Source: an uncultured archaeon
Lineage (GTDB): Archaea; Asgardarchaeota; Lokiarchaeia; Sigyniarchaeales; SOKP01
Assembly: GCA_964493715.1 (NCBI GenBank)
Contig: CAZBPC010000018.1
Span: 1-47,820, forward strand
DNA length: 47,820 nucleotides
Reading direction: 5' to 3'
Position numbers and translations under genes: made by a program. Under the pieces are notes generated by a model. That model saw only the letters and a program-made list of their open reading frames with translations. It searched no databases and had not been told where the DNA came from. Below are positions 10,511-19,872 of the stretch, piece by piece (position 1 is the stretch's first letter; each line of letters begins with the position of its first letter).

Positions 10511-11119
10511 ATGGCTAATGAGATTATAATCTTTCAGATTTTTCTAGTGACCCTAGCTATGGTCGTTTTGAGCAGGATTTTTAATAAAATTACTGGATTG
10601 AATACAGAAAGTGCAAGAGAAATTAGAGAAAAATCAACGGATCTACAAGAACGAATGAAAGCAGCCCAACAAGAAGGAAATGTTCAAGATTTGAGATCAT
10701 TGCAGCAGGAATCAATAGAATTAACAAAAACAATGATGAAAAAACAATTAATTCCCTCATGTGTACAATGTTTCATCTTTTTAGGCATTTTTGGGATATT
10801 AGGACTCTTTTTTGCCCAGTATACAACTGGACTTCTTCCTTTTCCAATCTTATTTTTCGGAAATGGATGGGTTGGTGTATATTTCTTATTTTCAATTTCA
10901 TTATCTCTTTTGTTCTATTTGGCAAAAAGAGTGTACAGAAAAATGACCGGGAAAGAAGATAGAAGAAAAATGGAAAAGCAAGAAATTATGGGAATGTTAA
11001 ATCCAACATCAAGTAATCCTTTGGGTTATATGCAGTTAAATGCAAAACCTTCTGAAGAGATACCTATAGATGATCCTTCTGAAAGGAAAGATTCTTGGAA
11101 AGAAAAAATAAAAAATTAA
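10511..11119 (+). CDS. DUF106 / EMC3-TMCO1 family membrane insertase-like protein (Oxa1 superfamily)
   Basis: TM1, then a cytosolic coiled-coil hairpin (LQERMKAAQQEGN...LQQESIEL...MMKKQLIP), TM2, LPFPI and GWVGVYFLFS TM3. Confidence 0.75.
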   Translation: MANEIIIFQIFLVTLAMVVLSRIFNKITGLNTESAREIREKSTDLQERMKAAQQEGNVQDLRSLQQESIELTKTMMKKQLIPSCVQCFIFLGIFGILGLFFAQYTTGLLPFPILFFGNGWVGVYFLFSISLSLLFYLAKRVYRKMTGKEDRRKMEKQEIMGMLNPTSSNPLGYMQLNAKPSEEIPIDDPSERKDSWKEKIKN

Positions 11120-11128
11120 AAACCAATT

Positions 11129-11467
11129 TTGAGAAAATTGTCAGATAAAAAAAAAGGGAATGATATTAGAACTGAAGATTCTTGGAAAAAAAGGATTAAA
11201 AAACCACAAGAAGAACAAGAATCGGACTTACACGAAACCGAACCTTTTGTAGACGTTAAACTTAATGATTTAGAGATAGAGCCTCATAAAGAACTCCATC
11301 ATGGGGTTTCGGAAACACCTGCCTTTGTAGATGTTCAAATTAATAACTCTCAATTATCTGAAAGAATTTGTAAAAAATGTGGTCATCACATAAAGGAAGA
11401 AAATCTAAATTTTTGCCCTAAATGTGGTAGTAGATTAAAAAGTTCAAGGTATAACTTCAGGCGTTAA
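11129..11467 (+). CDS. Zinc-ribbon domain protein
   Basis: C-terminal CKKCG...FCPKCG. Internal repeat ETEPFVDVKLN / ETPAFVDVQIN. Confidence 0.7.
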   Translation: MRKLSDKKKGNDIRTEDSWKKRIKKPQEEQESDLHETEPFVDVKLNDLEIEPHKELHHGVSETPAFVDVQINNSQLSERICKKCGHHIKEENLNFCPKCGSRLKSSRYNFRR

Positions 11468-11469
11468 AA

Positions 11470-11952
11470 TTGGACGGAAAAGATGATTTAAATCGCCAAA
11501 TATTCTTATACTTTCTATTCGTTATTTTGATGATCATTTTAAATTATGGTATTCAAAAACTCAATCAATTGTTTTTAGCTCCATTAATTTGCTCTAATTT
11601 TGGAAGTATTGAAATTATTCAAGCCCTTTATTGCTCGATTTTTCCATTTAACATGCCCGATTTGATTGGATCAATTGCTGCTGTAGGCATTACCTATATC
11701 ATCAAATTTTTTCTTGATAAAATTATTGTATTCAAAAAAGGCGGAAGTCAAATAAAAGAAACATCAAAAGAGTTTTTAAAGTATTTCGGATTTGCGATCC
11801 TAACAACGATTGAAAATGTCGGTATACAGTTCCTTCTAAATAATCTCTTGAATTCTCCATTAGAAATCAGCATTATTATTGCACTTCCCATTGGATATTT
11901 AACGAAATTTTATTTTGATAGGAAATATGTATTCAATAAAAAATTTTCTTAA
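11470..11952 (+). CDS. GtrA-family membrane protein
   Basis: Four TM helices with repeated KFFLDKIIVFK / KFYFDRKYVFN ends and EFLKYF. Confidence 0.75.
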   Translation: MDGKDDLNRQIFLYFLFVILMIILNYGIQKLNQLFLAPLICSNFGSIEIIQALYCSIFPFNMPDLIGSIAAVGITYIIKFFLDKIIVFKKGGSQIKETSKEFLKYFGFAILTTIENVGIQFLLNNLLNSPLEISIIIALPIGYLTKFYFDRKYVFNKKFS

Positions 11953-12026
11953 CAGATTTCCCTTTTCTTTTAACCTAATCATTTACTTAAATGCCTTTAA
12001 AATACCTTAGAATAAATTCTTGATTT

Positions 12027-13322
12027 ATGAAGGAAGAAAATAACATAAAATTTAATAGATCAAAACACGTTTTTTATAATATGCCCGAAGATCATGGGAA
12101 TCATAAAGAAGAAGATGATTCGATTATTGAAGCTCTTTCTTCACTTGGATGGGTCGAAGAAGACGAACCTAAGGAGGAACAACCTGTAAATGATGATAAT
12201 GCTTTACAAGAACAATTAACTTTCTTTAAAGAGCAAAATACTGAACTGAATAATGAAGTTGTTAAGATCCGTGAAGATCATGATAAGCTATTACAAGATA
12301 TTACAGAAGTGATTCACCAGAAAGAAAAATTCATGCAAATGGTTGAAAAGAACAATGATACGATTGAAAATTTATTGCAATCCATTAGCCAGAAAGATGT
12401 TAAAATTAAAGAATTAGAATCCAATATCAAATTATCTACTGAATCCTCCTCTGATAATAAGGATATGATTGCTTTACAAAATCAAATTGAAGAACAATCC
12501 CTAAAAATAGAGGAATTGAATTTTATTGATATCGAAAAGAACAAAATTATTGAAAATCAAAAAGAAGAGATAGATAAAGTAAATAAAATCGTAAAAGATC
12601 AGGTTCAAAAGATTCAAGAACTAACTAATGAAGCTGAAGAACTTAAATCTGAAAAAGATGCTAACAAAGGATTAATTGATAAACTGCAGGAGAAAGACCA
12701 AAAATTAAAAGAATTAACGGAACAACTTCAATATTTAGATAAAGATACTGTTCAAAAATCGAAATTCGAGAAATTAGTAAATGAATTATCAGTAAAAGAT
12801 AATATCATAACAGAAAAAGAAAAGATTATATTTCAAATGGAAAGCACAATTGAATCAGCAAATAAAAAAACGAAAGAAAATCAACAACAATTAGAAACGT
12901 TTAGTTTAGTTAAGAGAGATGTCGAGAAAAAAGAAGAGAGAATTAATACTTTAGTTCTTGAAGTTGAAAGATTAAATCAAAAAAACATAACTAATGCTGA
13001 ATTCATTAGCAGTTTACAAGAAAAATTAGAAGTATCTCAAGAAAAATCTGGTAATCTTACAGGAAAATTTGAACTTGAAATGGCAAATTTGAGGGCTCTA
13101 ATTGATGATAATAATACGGAGATCAGGGAATTGAGAGAAAATGATACGAAACTAAAAAATCAACTCTATGAAGCAGAACAGATTGAAGATAGACTATTAT
13201 CTGAAATGCAAAACCTGAAGGATGAAAAGCTAAGGTTTGAATCAGAAATCAAGAAAAAAGATGAAGAAATTGTAGATTTAAAAAAACGAGTAAAAATTGC
13301 TCGAAGAGAATCTCAAAAATGA
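12027..13322 (+). CDS. Long coiled-coil protein of unknown function
   Basis: Continuous E/K/Q/L heptad pattern over most of the length, with no ATPase motifs. Start may be the ATG at 12081. Confidence 0.7.
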   Translation: MKEENNIKFNRSKHVFYNMPEDHGNHKEEDDSIIEALSSLGWVEEDEPKEEQPVNDDNALQEQLTFFKEQNTELNNEVVKIREDHDKLLQDITEVIHQKEKFMQMVEKNNDTIENLLQSISQKDVKIKELESNIKLSTESSSDNKDMIALQNQIEEQSLKIEELNFIDIEKNKIIENQKEEIDKVNKIVKDQVQKIQELTNEAEELKSEKDANKGLIDKLQEKDQKLKELTEQLQYLDKDTVQKSKFEKLVNELSVKDNIITEKEKIIFQMESTIESANKKTKENQQQLETFSLVKRDVEKKEERINTLVLEVERLNQKNITNAEFISSLQEKLEVSQEKSGNLTGKFELEMANLRALIDDNNTEIRELRENDTKLKNQLYEAEQIEDRLLSEMQNLKDEKLRFESEIKKKDEEIVDLKKRVKIARRESQK

Positions 13323-13384
13323 CATATTTTAAATTATGTTCAAAAAGACGTGCCAATTTCATAACAAATTAACTATCCCTTCTT

Positions 13385-14596
13385 TCAGAGATCTACTTTT
13401 AAATCTCTTCTCTTTCTAAGAGTGGCTTTGAGAACTAGAGTTTCTATACGTTGTAAGGCAACTCTATCTTTTTTAGGAATGAGCTCATAAAGTTCCTCAA
13501 GATCCCTCAAGTTAAGAAGGCTAAAGAAATTATTCTTCAATAAATATCTATAAGCTTCAAAATCATCTTCTTTCAGATACATAATTATTTCATTTTTAAT
13601 GGTTTTCTGGGCTCTATCAATTCCTCTTTCAATCAATTCTTTAAGAAGCGGATACCATAATCTTCTTTTCTCCATATGGGCGAATTCGACATTTTTATTA
13701 AGCCATTCATCAAAAATGACTTCCAATTCCTCATTAGAAAAAAGTTTTAGGTACTTCTCATTTAGGTAGAAGATAATGGTATTATAATTTTTTGATGCTA
13801 ACCTTGTTGCAATGCTTTCTTTTAATCTGATAAGGGCCATTTTATCTCCTAGGAAAGCTATTTTCTTAAGTAAGGGGATAGATAAGCTGCTATGCAGAAT
13901 TCTAAGATCATAGCCATTTTCATACCATGCTTGAAGATTAGAACAATGTCCGATAAATTCCGATTCGGGATCAATTAGATTATGCTCTCTTTCATGGAAC
14001 TTATCGATTTCATTATAAATCTCAAAAGCTTCGTCAATTGAATCAAGGTGATCAAACTCATTAAAATCCTTTTGAGTAAGATTCAAGAGAAGATACTTGC
14101 ATTGATGGAATGGAATCTCATCAATAAATATAATCGTTTCCCCTTTTATTAATTTTAACGTAAGATGCTCATTGATTTTAAATTCTCTCTCTTCAGGATA
14201 ATTCGGTTCTTCTTTAGACTTAGGTTTCTCAATGTTGCGAATATATCTCATATCTGCTAATTTATCTTTAACTTGCATTGATTCCAGATTAAATGCATCA
14301 AGAAATTCTTGAATCTCATCTCCTTGGTCAACAGATACAATCTTGCAAAGATGAAAACCAACTTCTTTCATTAATTCTACCTGTAGCTCTCTTGCTACTC
14401 TTGAACTTATGAATCTTTTTTTTACTGTAGATTTCGCACCCTTCCAAATGAATATCCTTCGTAGATCTTCTCGAACAAGCACTAAGACTTGTTCTGGATT
14501 TAGAAATTGTGCTAAATTCGTCTTCGAGAAATTAAGTTCTTTCCGCTCCCCTGTATCCTCCAGTTCATAAACAAAAAAAGTCCTAAATTCAGTCAT
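13385..14596 (-). CDS. Single gelsolin-like domain fused to an uncharacterised C-terminal domain
   Basis: N-terminal EQVLVLVREDLRRIFIWKGAKSTVKKRF...IVSVDQGDE..EFL follows the gelsolin-repeat pattern. The C-terminal part has FHQCKYLL and EFIGHCSNLQAW, then helical repeats. Confidence 0.65.
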   Translation of the reverse strand: MTEFRTFFVYELEDTGERKELNFSKTNLAQFLNPEQVLVLVREDLRRIFIWKGAKSTVKKRFISSRVARELQVELMKEVGFHLCKIVSVDQGDEIQEFLDAFNLESMQVKDKLADMRYIRNIEKPKSKEEPNYPEEREFKINEHLTLKLIKGETIIFIDEIPFHQCKYLLLNLTQKDFNEFDHLDSIDEAFEIYNEIDKFHEREHNLIDPESEFIGHCSNLQAWYENGYDLRILHSSLSIPLLKKIAFLGDKMALIRLKESIATRLASKNYNTIIFYLNEKYLKLFSNEELEVIFDEWLNKNVEFAHMEKRRLWYPLLKELIERGIDRAQKTIKNEIIMYLKEDDFEAYRYLLKNNFFSLLNLRDLEELYELIPKKDRVALQRIETLVLKATLRKRRDLKVDL

Positions 14597-14918
14597 ATCA
14601 AATTAAAAATTCTAATTTTACCATTCTTACGAATTTTCTAATATAAGATTGTTCTTTAATGAAAAATATGAATCTCATTGAAAAAAATTTTGGTTTAAAA
14701 ATATAATCCAAACCACTCTACCCACATCAGCACAATCTGTATTTGTACTTTTTACTATAAACTACGTTTAAGACGTTTTAAACACCTTAAATCAATATTA
14801 AGTAATTAATTGACCATTTCTCAATCTAAAGAATGAAAATCGTAATATAACAATAATAAAAAATATTAAAGAAAAAAGTTATTACTTCTCTTAAATCATC
14901 GGAAATAGCCCAATCGTG

Positions 14919-15935
14919 CTATTTCTCCCTCCATTCTACTCCACACTGACCACATTTGTATTTCTTTCCATAAACTCGCGGATAGTCTAAAATCACGTTG
15001 CTCTTATCAGTACTCTCGTGGATACTCATTTTTTGTTCATTTCCGCACTTTGGACAAATCCGTCGACCCTCAGTTTTTTCAATCGTAAGCAATGAATCAT
15101 CTATGGCTCCAGGTATTCCTGGTGATGCGCTTGAAGCACTTGTTGATTTTACATCTGCAATTTCTGCTTTTAAATCATCAGGAGTGATATCTTTGACTAC
15201 TGATTTAAATTCCGGCTCTATAGCGTCAGCCATTATATCAGCAGCTGTATCTGGCTCTAATTCTGATTCTGCTCTTAATTGATAAGCATCCGATTCCTTG
15301 TAATTTTCGCCTTTCGCTAAAGCTGCAAGAAATTCAGCATCATCTCCTTCTTCGAAAATCGTTTCATTTTGAGAACCCGCTCTATCTGCATCAATTTGCC
15401 TTGCCCATTGTCCCGCTTTTACTTTTTCCTTGACATTACAAGCCTTCCCCTGCCAAATATAGACTTTATTTCCTAAGTCCAATACATAACTATCTTCAGT
15501 ATCTAGACTCTCTTTTTTATAAGGAACTTGTACCATCTTCATGGAATTAATTCCCTCAAATTCCTCAGATGATACTCTATAAAGTACATTAATATGTTCT
15601 GCAAACTGAGCATAATCTCCTGTTACAACATCTTTTAACATAGTTTTAGCTAAATTTTTTTCCACAATCTTCATTGTGCCCATTTTATTTATTGCAGTCA
15701 TAAAGTCGCTAGATTCATGATTTTGATCAACGGTGATTATTTTAGCAGCTCCGCCCCTTTGTTGATCTAAAGTCCTAGCTTCTGCTGCTCCGACAGTTTT
15801 TTCATCTACAGAGCATTTGGCTCCGATCCAAACGTATATAGTTTTATCATCATCGATGAGATAGACATCTCCCGTGGAAAAGATTGGTTTATTTACTTCT
15901 TGTAATTGCCCTTGATTGATCATATAAATTTTCAT
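14919..15935 (-). CDS. Two-domain gelsolin-family protein with acidic linker and C-terminal zinc ribbon
   Basis: Two repeats: GDVYLIDDDKTIYVWIGAKCSVDEK...TVDQNHES..F and EDSYVLDLGNKVYIWQGKACNVKEK...FEEGDD.EFL. C-terminal CPKC...CGQC. The ATG at 15935 is preferred over the TTG at 15947. Confidence 0.85.
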   Translation of the reverse strand: MKIYMINQGQLQEVNKPIFSTGDVYLIDDDKTIYVWIGAKCSVDEKTVGAAEARTLDQQRGGAAKIITVDQNHESSDFMTAINKMGTMKIVEKNLAKTMLKDVVTGDYAQFAEHINVLYRVSSEEFEGINSMKMVQVPYKKESLDTEDSYVLDLGNKVYIWQGKACNVKEKVKAGQWARQIDADRAGSQNETIFEEGDDAEFLAALAKGENYKESDAYQLRAESELEPDTAADIMADAIEPEFKSVVKDITPDDLKAEIADVKSTSASSASPGIPGAIDDSLLTIEKTEGRRICPKCGNEQKMSIHESTDKSNVILDYPRVYGKKYKCGQCGVEWREK

Positions 15936-16025
15936 ATTATTTCCCAATTAAATTTTAAAAGAAACTTACTTAGTATATAAAACTCAATCTTTTTAAATAA
16001 TTAGAAATGAATAAGAAAAAATAAT

Positions 16026-17441
16026 CTAGAAATCAGCTAACGCAGATTTTATTCTTTTAACTGTTTCGGGTATTTGAGTCAAATCTATTGAACAATAAGC
16101 GATCCGTACTCCATTTACATTTTCACTTGGGGTTTCAATTGGAATGACTCCTACCTTATACTTTGTTAATAATAATTCAGCAAATTCACTGGCTTTCATA
16201 TGATTAGGATTAAGATTAATAAATGTAAAAAAGCCTCCTGAATTAGGATCCACGGATATATTAGGGTTTTTAATTTTTTTTAGTTCAGAATTGAGTTTTA
16301 TATATCTTTCCTTGAGAAGACGTTGGATTGGTTCGCGCATCTTAAGAATTTCTTCTATTCCTTTTGTATTGAATAAACTAATCATTACCGCTTGATAAAA
16401 ATGATTACAATTCGATATAGTACTCCTAATTAAGCCAGATAATTTATTATCTATCTCATTTTTAAGCGTTTCCAATTCTTTATCATTTTTGGTCCATGTA
16501 GGTTTTAATCCAATTGTAATAAATCCAATTCGTGCACCATATAAAAGTAATTCCTTTGTTGCCCCATCTAATTTAATTGGGATGATATCTTCCTCTAAAT
16601 CCTGCAGATCATAGAATATTGACCTGTTAATTGCATTATCATCATATATATAAGGTTCATAAGCATCATCGATCATAACAAGTATTGGTTTTTTTACTTC
16701 TTTTTGTTTCGCTTTAAGTAGGTCAATAAGTTTTAAAGATCCTTCTTTTGTGGGCACATAACCCGTAGGATTATTGGGAAAATTAAGAATGATTAGAACT
16801 TTATCTTGAACAACAGCAACCTCATCAATTGCTCCTTCTAACCCTTCGAAGTTGAATTGTTGATCTTTAAAATAATTAAAAGACTTAATTTTTGCCCCTA
16901 AAACCCTTTTTATTATATTATCGTAGTTCCCCCAGCGTTTGTTTGGTGTTATGATAAATTCATTAGCATTTAATAACAATGAGCTAATTAAAAAAATACC
17001 ATTTGTTACTCCCGTTGTTATTATCGGCGTGGTAATGTATTTCTTAAGCTTATCTAGTTTTTCATTATCTTCTTTTTCATTCAGCAAGGATTTATAGATG
17101 ATCCAATTTTTCCAAAGATCTCTTAATTCTGATATGCCTGCTATTGCTGTGTAGGGGACTAAATCATTTATTTCTAAATTTTTAAAATATGCATTTATTC
17201 CGTCAAGATAGCAAGGAAACCATTCCGACTTACCCTCTTTAATGAAGTCATACTCATGAGCGTACGCAGTACCTATCGTACCATTCAATTCTGCCTCTTT
17301 TTTTGCTCTTCCCGACCAATAGAAGACTCCTTGTGGTAAGGATATTCTCTTTCCAAGTTCCGAAAATGCGGAATAAAGAGGTGTGTTTTCCAATATTTTA
17401 GAATCCATATCATCAATAAAAATTTTTGATGTAATAAACAT
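16026..17441 (-). CDS. PLP-dependent aminotransferase class I/II
   Basis: NFPNNPTG, IDDAY, KLDGATKE...GARIG and VRIAY. Start is probably ATG 17441 or 17408 rather than TTG 17510, which would leave only 17 nt before the divergent gene. Confidence 0.85.
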   Translation of the reverse strand: MFITSKIFIDDMDSKILENTPLYSAFSELGKRISLPQGVFYWSGRAKKEAELNGTIGTAYAHEYDFIKEGKSEWFPCYLDGINAYFKNLEINDLVPYTAIAGISELRDLWKNWIIYKSLLNEKEDNEKLDKLKKYITTPIITTGVTNGIFLISSLLLNANEFIITPNKRWGNYDNIIKRVLGAKIKSFNYFKDQQFNFEGLEGAIDEVAVVQDKVLIILNFPNNPTGYVPTKEGSLKLIDLLKAKQKEVKKPILVMIDDAYEPYIYDDNAINRSIFYDLQDLEEDIIPIKLDGATKELLLYGARIGFITIGLKPTWTKNDKELETLKNEIDNKLSGLIRSTISNCNHFYQAVMISLFNTKGIEEILKMREPIQRLLKERYIKLNSELKKIKNPNISVDPNSGGFFTFINLNPNHMKASEFAELLLTKYKVGVIPIETPSENVNGVRIAYCSIDLTQIPETVKRIKSALADF

Positions 17442-17527
17442 TTTTATAACCAATTTGTCATTCTCTATTTTTACATCAGATAATTCATGAAATAAATATT
17501 TAAGTATCAAAATCTTAATATGAAACT

Positions 17528-18136
17528 ATGAGTACGGAAAAGAATTCAGAAGAAGAGAAGAAAATTGAAGACCTTTCAAAACTTAAAAATCTATTTATGC
17601 AAGGTTGGAATGGTTTTGTATCTGAAATAAAGGATGGTTTGGCAAATGTTCAACAATCAATGGAAGACGCATCAAATAGAAATCAAGAATCAATGAATAA
17701 GAATAGAGAAAATGTGGAGAAATTTTTTAACGATATTAAACAATCCACTGAAAAGAATTTAGCCCAATTAACAGAAGATATTCAAAATTCTCACTTAAAA
17801 AATAAAGAAAATTGGGAACAGAATACAGAAAAAATTGCTAATTTTTTTAAAACCTCCCAACAGCAATGGAATGATCAAATAAATATATGGAATGAGGGAA
17901 TTCAACGAAAACAAAACGAAACTGCTGATGAATGGGAAGCACGAAGGATAAAATTCGCAGATGATTTTAATAATTGGAAGGATAAATCCAAGCGTGATTG
18001 GGAAAAAGGACTTAAAACTTTTCGTAGAGAGATGATAAAAGGTTCGTACATGTTTCTTGTTTTTATGGCTCCAATTCTCGTGGTTTTAATTATAGTTGTC
18101 TGGTTAATTACTTGGGCGATGAACGGTTTTAATTAA
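17528..18136 (+). CDS. Amphipathic helical-repeat protein with C-terminal membrane anchor
   Basis: All-helical polar region with spaced Trp/Phe, ending in MFLVFMAPILVVLIIVVWLITWAM. Confidence 0.65.
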   Translation: MSTEKNSEEEKKIEDLSKLKNLFMQGWNGFVSEIKDGLANVQQSMEDASNRNQESMNKNRENVEKFFNDIKQSTEKNLAQLTEDIQNSHLKNKENWEQNTEKIANFFKTSQQQWNDQINIWNEGIQRKQNETADEWEARRIKFADDFNNWKDKSKRDWEKGLKTFRREMIKGSYMFLVFMAPILVVLIIVVWLITWAMNGFN

Positions 18137-18162
18137 TAATATTTAGATTACAACGCAGTATA

Positions 18163-18819
18163 ATGTTTGAAATTTTTCTCTTTTCTTTTTTAGTTGCATT
18201 AACAGGTGCATTATCTCCAGGCCCCTTACTTACTTTTACAATATATAAATCTTTAAAACAAAAAAGAGGGTATTTAGCGGGAGTAAACATAATTTTGGGA
18301 CATGCTACAATAGAGCTCACATTAATAATCGTATTACTTGCTGGAGCATCTTTATTTTTCCAGAATATCTTATTCTTAACTACAATTGGAATAATTGGAG
18401 GAATTTTTTTGGTAGTATATGGTTTTTTGGTTATTAAAGATGTGTTTAAGACCAAAATTAACATTGAATTTGATAATAGTCAACAGATAAAGGGATTTAA
18501 GGGAAATAGTTTTCTCGGTGGTATTGTAGTTAGTCTTTCAAATCCTTATTGGGAATTCTGGTGGGCTGTCATCGGTTTAGGGTTTCTTATATCTTATAAT
18601 GTAAGTTTTGCCAATCCTCTTGGATTGTTGTTATTCTTTTTGGGACATGAATTAGGAGACGCAGCGTGGTATCTTCCAATTTCTACCATTGCCTATTTTG
18701 GTGGAAAATCCTTAAACCCTAAAATCTTTAAATATATTTTGTTAGCATGTGGTGCTTTTATGGTTAGTTTTGGTATATATATGGTAATAAATATTATTAT
18801 TAGTCCTCCAAATTTTTGA
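18163..18819 (+). CDS. LysE-family translocator
   Basis: ALSPGP, GH..E, SFLGGIVVSLSNPY..WW and about six TM helices. Confidence 0.85.
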   Translation: MFEIFLFSFLVALTGALSPGPLLTFTIYKSLKQKRGYLAGVNIILGHATIELTLIIVLLAGASLFFQNILFLTTIGIIGGIFLVVYGFLVIKDVFKTKINIEFDNSQQIKGFKGNSFLGGIVVSLSNPYWEFWWAVIGLGFLISYNVSFANPLGLLLFFLGHELGDAAWYLPISTIAYFGGKSLNPKIFKYILLACGAFMVSFGIYMVINIIISPPNF

Positions 18820-18990
18820 AAAGAATTTAACTCATAATATGCTCGTAATATCCTCATATCACAATGAAATAATAATTTTTTAAAATCTTCTTTTGTTAAT
18901 AACAAATTTCGAAGTTTGAAAGTAATAGAGGTATAATATTCTTTTTTATCAGCTCTATTTACTTGTGTACTATTAAGGTTATAAATTGAA

Positions 18991-19848
18991 ATGATAATGA
19001 CGGAAAAACGATTAATGAAATGTCCCGTGTGTGATAACAAGTTTATTCCCAGAACTTTTTATCCGGAAGATTCAATTTTTTCTAGTTCCGATGGAAAAAA
19101 ATTAGCATCAGGTTTTAATGGATATATTAATGTGGGTGGTAAACCCCCGGAAATGATACTCGGTTCTTGGGTGACTTATTGCCCGAAATGTAATTACATC
19201 ATGAAATTCGTAAAAGAAATTGTAAGAAAAGAAAAAATACAGACACACGGAATTAAAGGTACAGAATTGACAGAAAAATTGAATCCGTATTACTTTGGTT
19301 TTGAATTCGGAGATTATTCACAATATCTTAAAGAAATAATAAGTAAAGTTGAGAAAGAGATTGAAGTTAAAATGAAAGATATAAATATAGAAACGTGGGA
19401 AAATTTATACACGTTAAATGATAACTTCAAATTTCTCGTAAGATTTTTTAATAATTTAAAAGACTACTGCGATAAAACGTTAAAGATCAATAACAATACC
19501 GATATGCCAAATAAAATTAAAAAGTTGCAGCTTCCTAAAGATGTTGAACTCTCATTATTACAGCTAAACAATATTAAAGATGCGATTATTAAAGGTGAAT
19601 ACGATCTGTCGAGTGAGGAAGAAGACATGATAAACCACATTTTAGTAAAATTTGTCTTTTACCTAGTTGAATCGCATATTAAACCTCTTATCAATGAAGA
19701 GCAACTGAAAGATGGCTTTGAATTTATAAGCATGAAGGATCTTGAAGAGGAAATTAGAATCTACTTAGCAACATACTTATATTCTACGTTTAATAGTGAT
19801 CCAACTTCGAGCAAGCAAATCAAAACATTTTTAGAGAATATTTTTTAA
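18991..19848 (+). CDS. Hypothetical protein with N-terminal zinc ribbon and helical C-terminal domain
   Basis: CPVC...CPKC in the N-terminal 75 aa. Confidence 0.6.
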   Translation: MIMTEKRLMKCPVCDNKFIPRTFYPEDSIFSSSDGKKLASGFNGYINVGGKPPEMILGSWVTYCPKCNYIMKFVKEIVRKEKIQTHGIKGTELTEKLNPYYFGFEFGDYSQYLKEIISKVEKEIEVKMKDINIETWENLYTLNDNFKFLVRFFNNLKDYCDKTLKINNNTDMPNKIKKLQLPKDVELSLLQLNNIKDAIIKGEYDLSSEEEDMINHILVKFVFYLVESHIKPLINEEQLKDGFEFISMKDLEEEIRIYLATYLYSTFNSDPTSSKQIKTFLENIF

Positions 19849-19872
19849 TCTATCCTCTCTCTTTTCAACTTT

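Noticed and set aside
12027-13322. SMC/Rad50 or ESCRT-III assignment for the coiled-coil protein
   Set aside because: No Walker motifs, hinge or recognisable Snf7 pattern; only a generic coiled coil.
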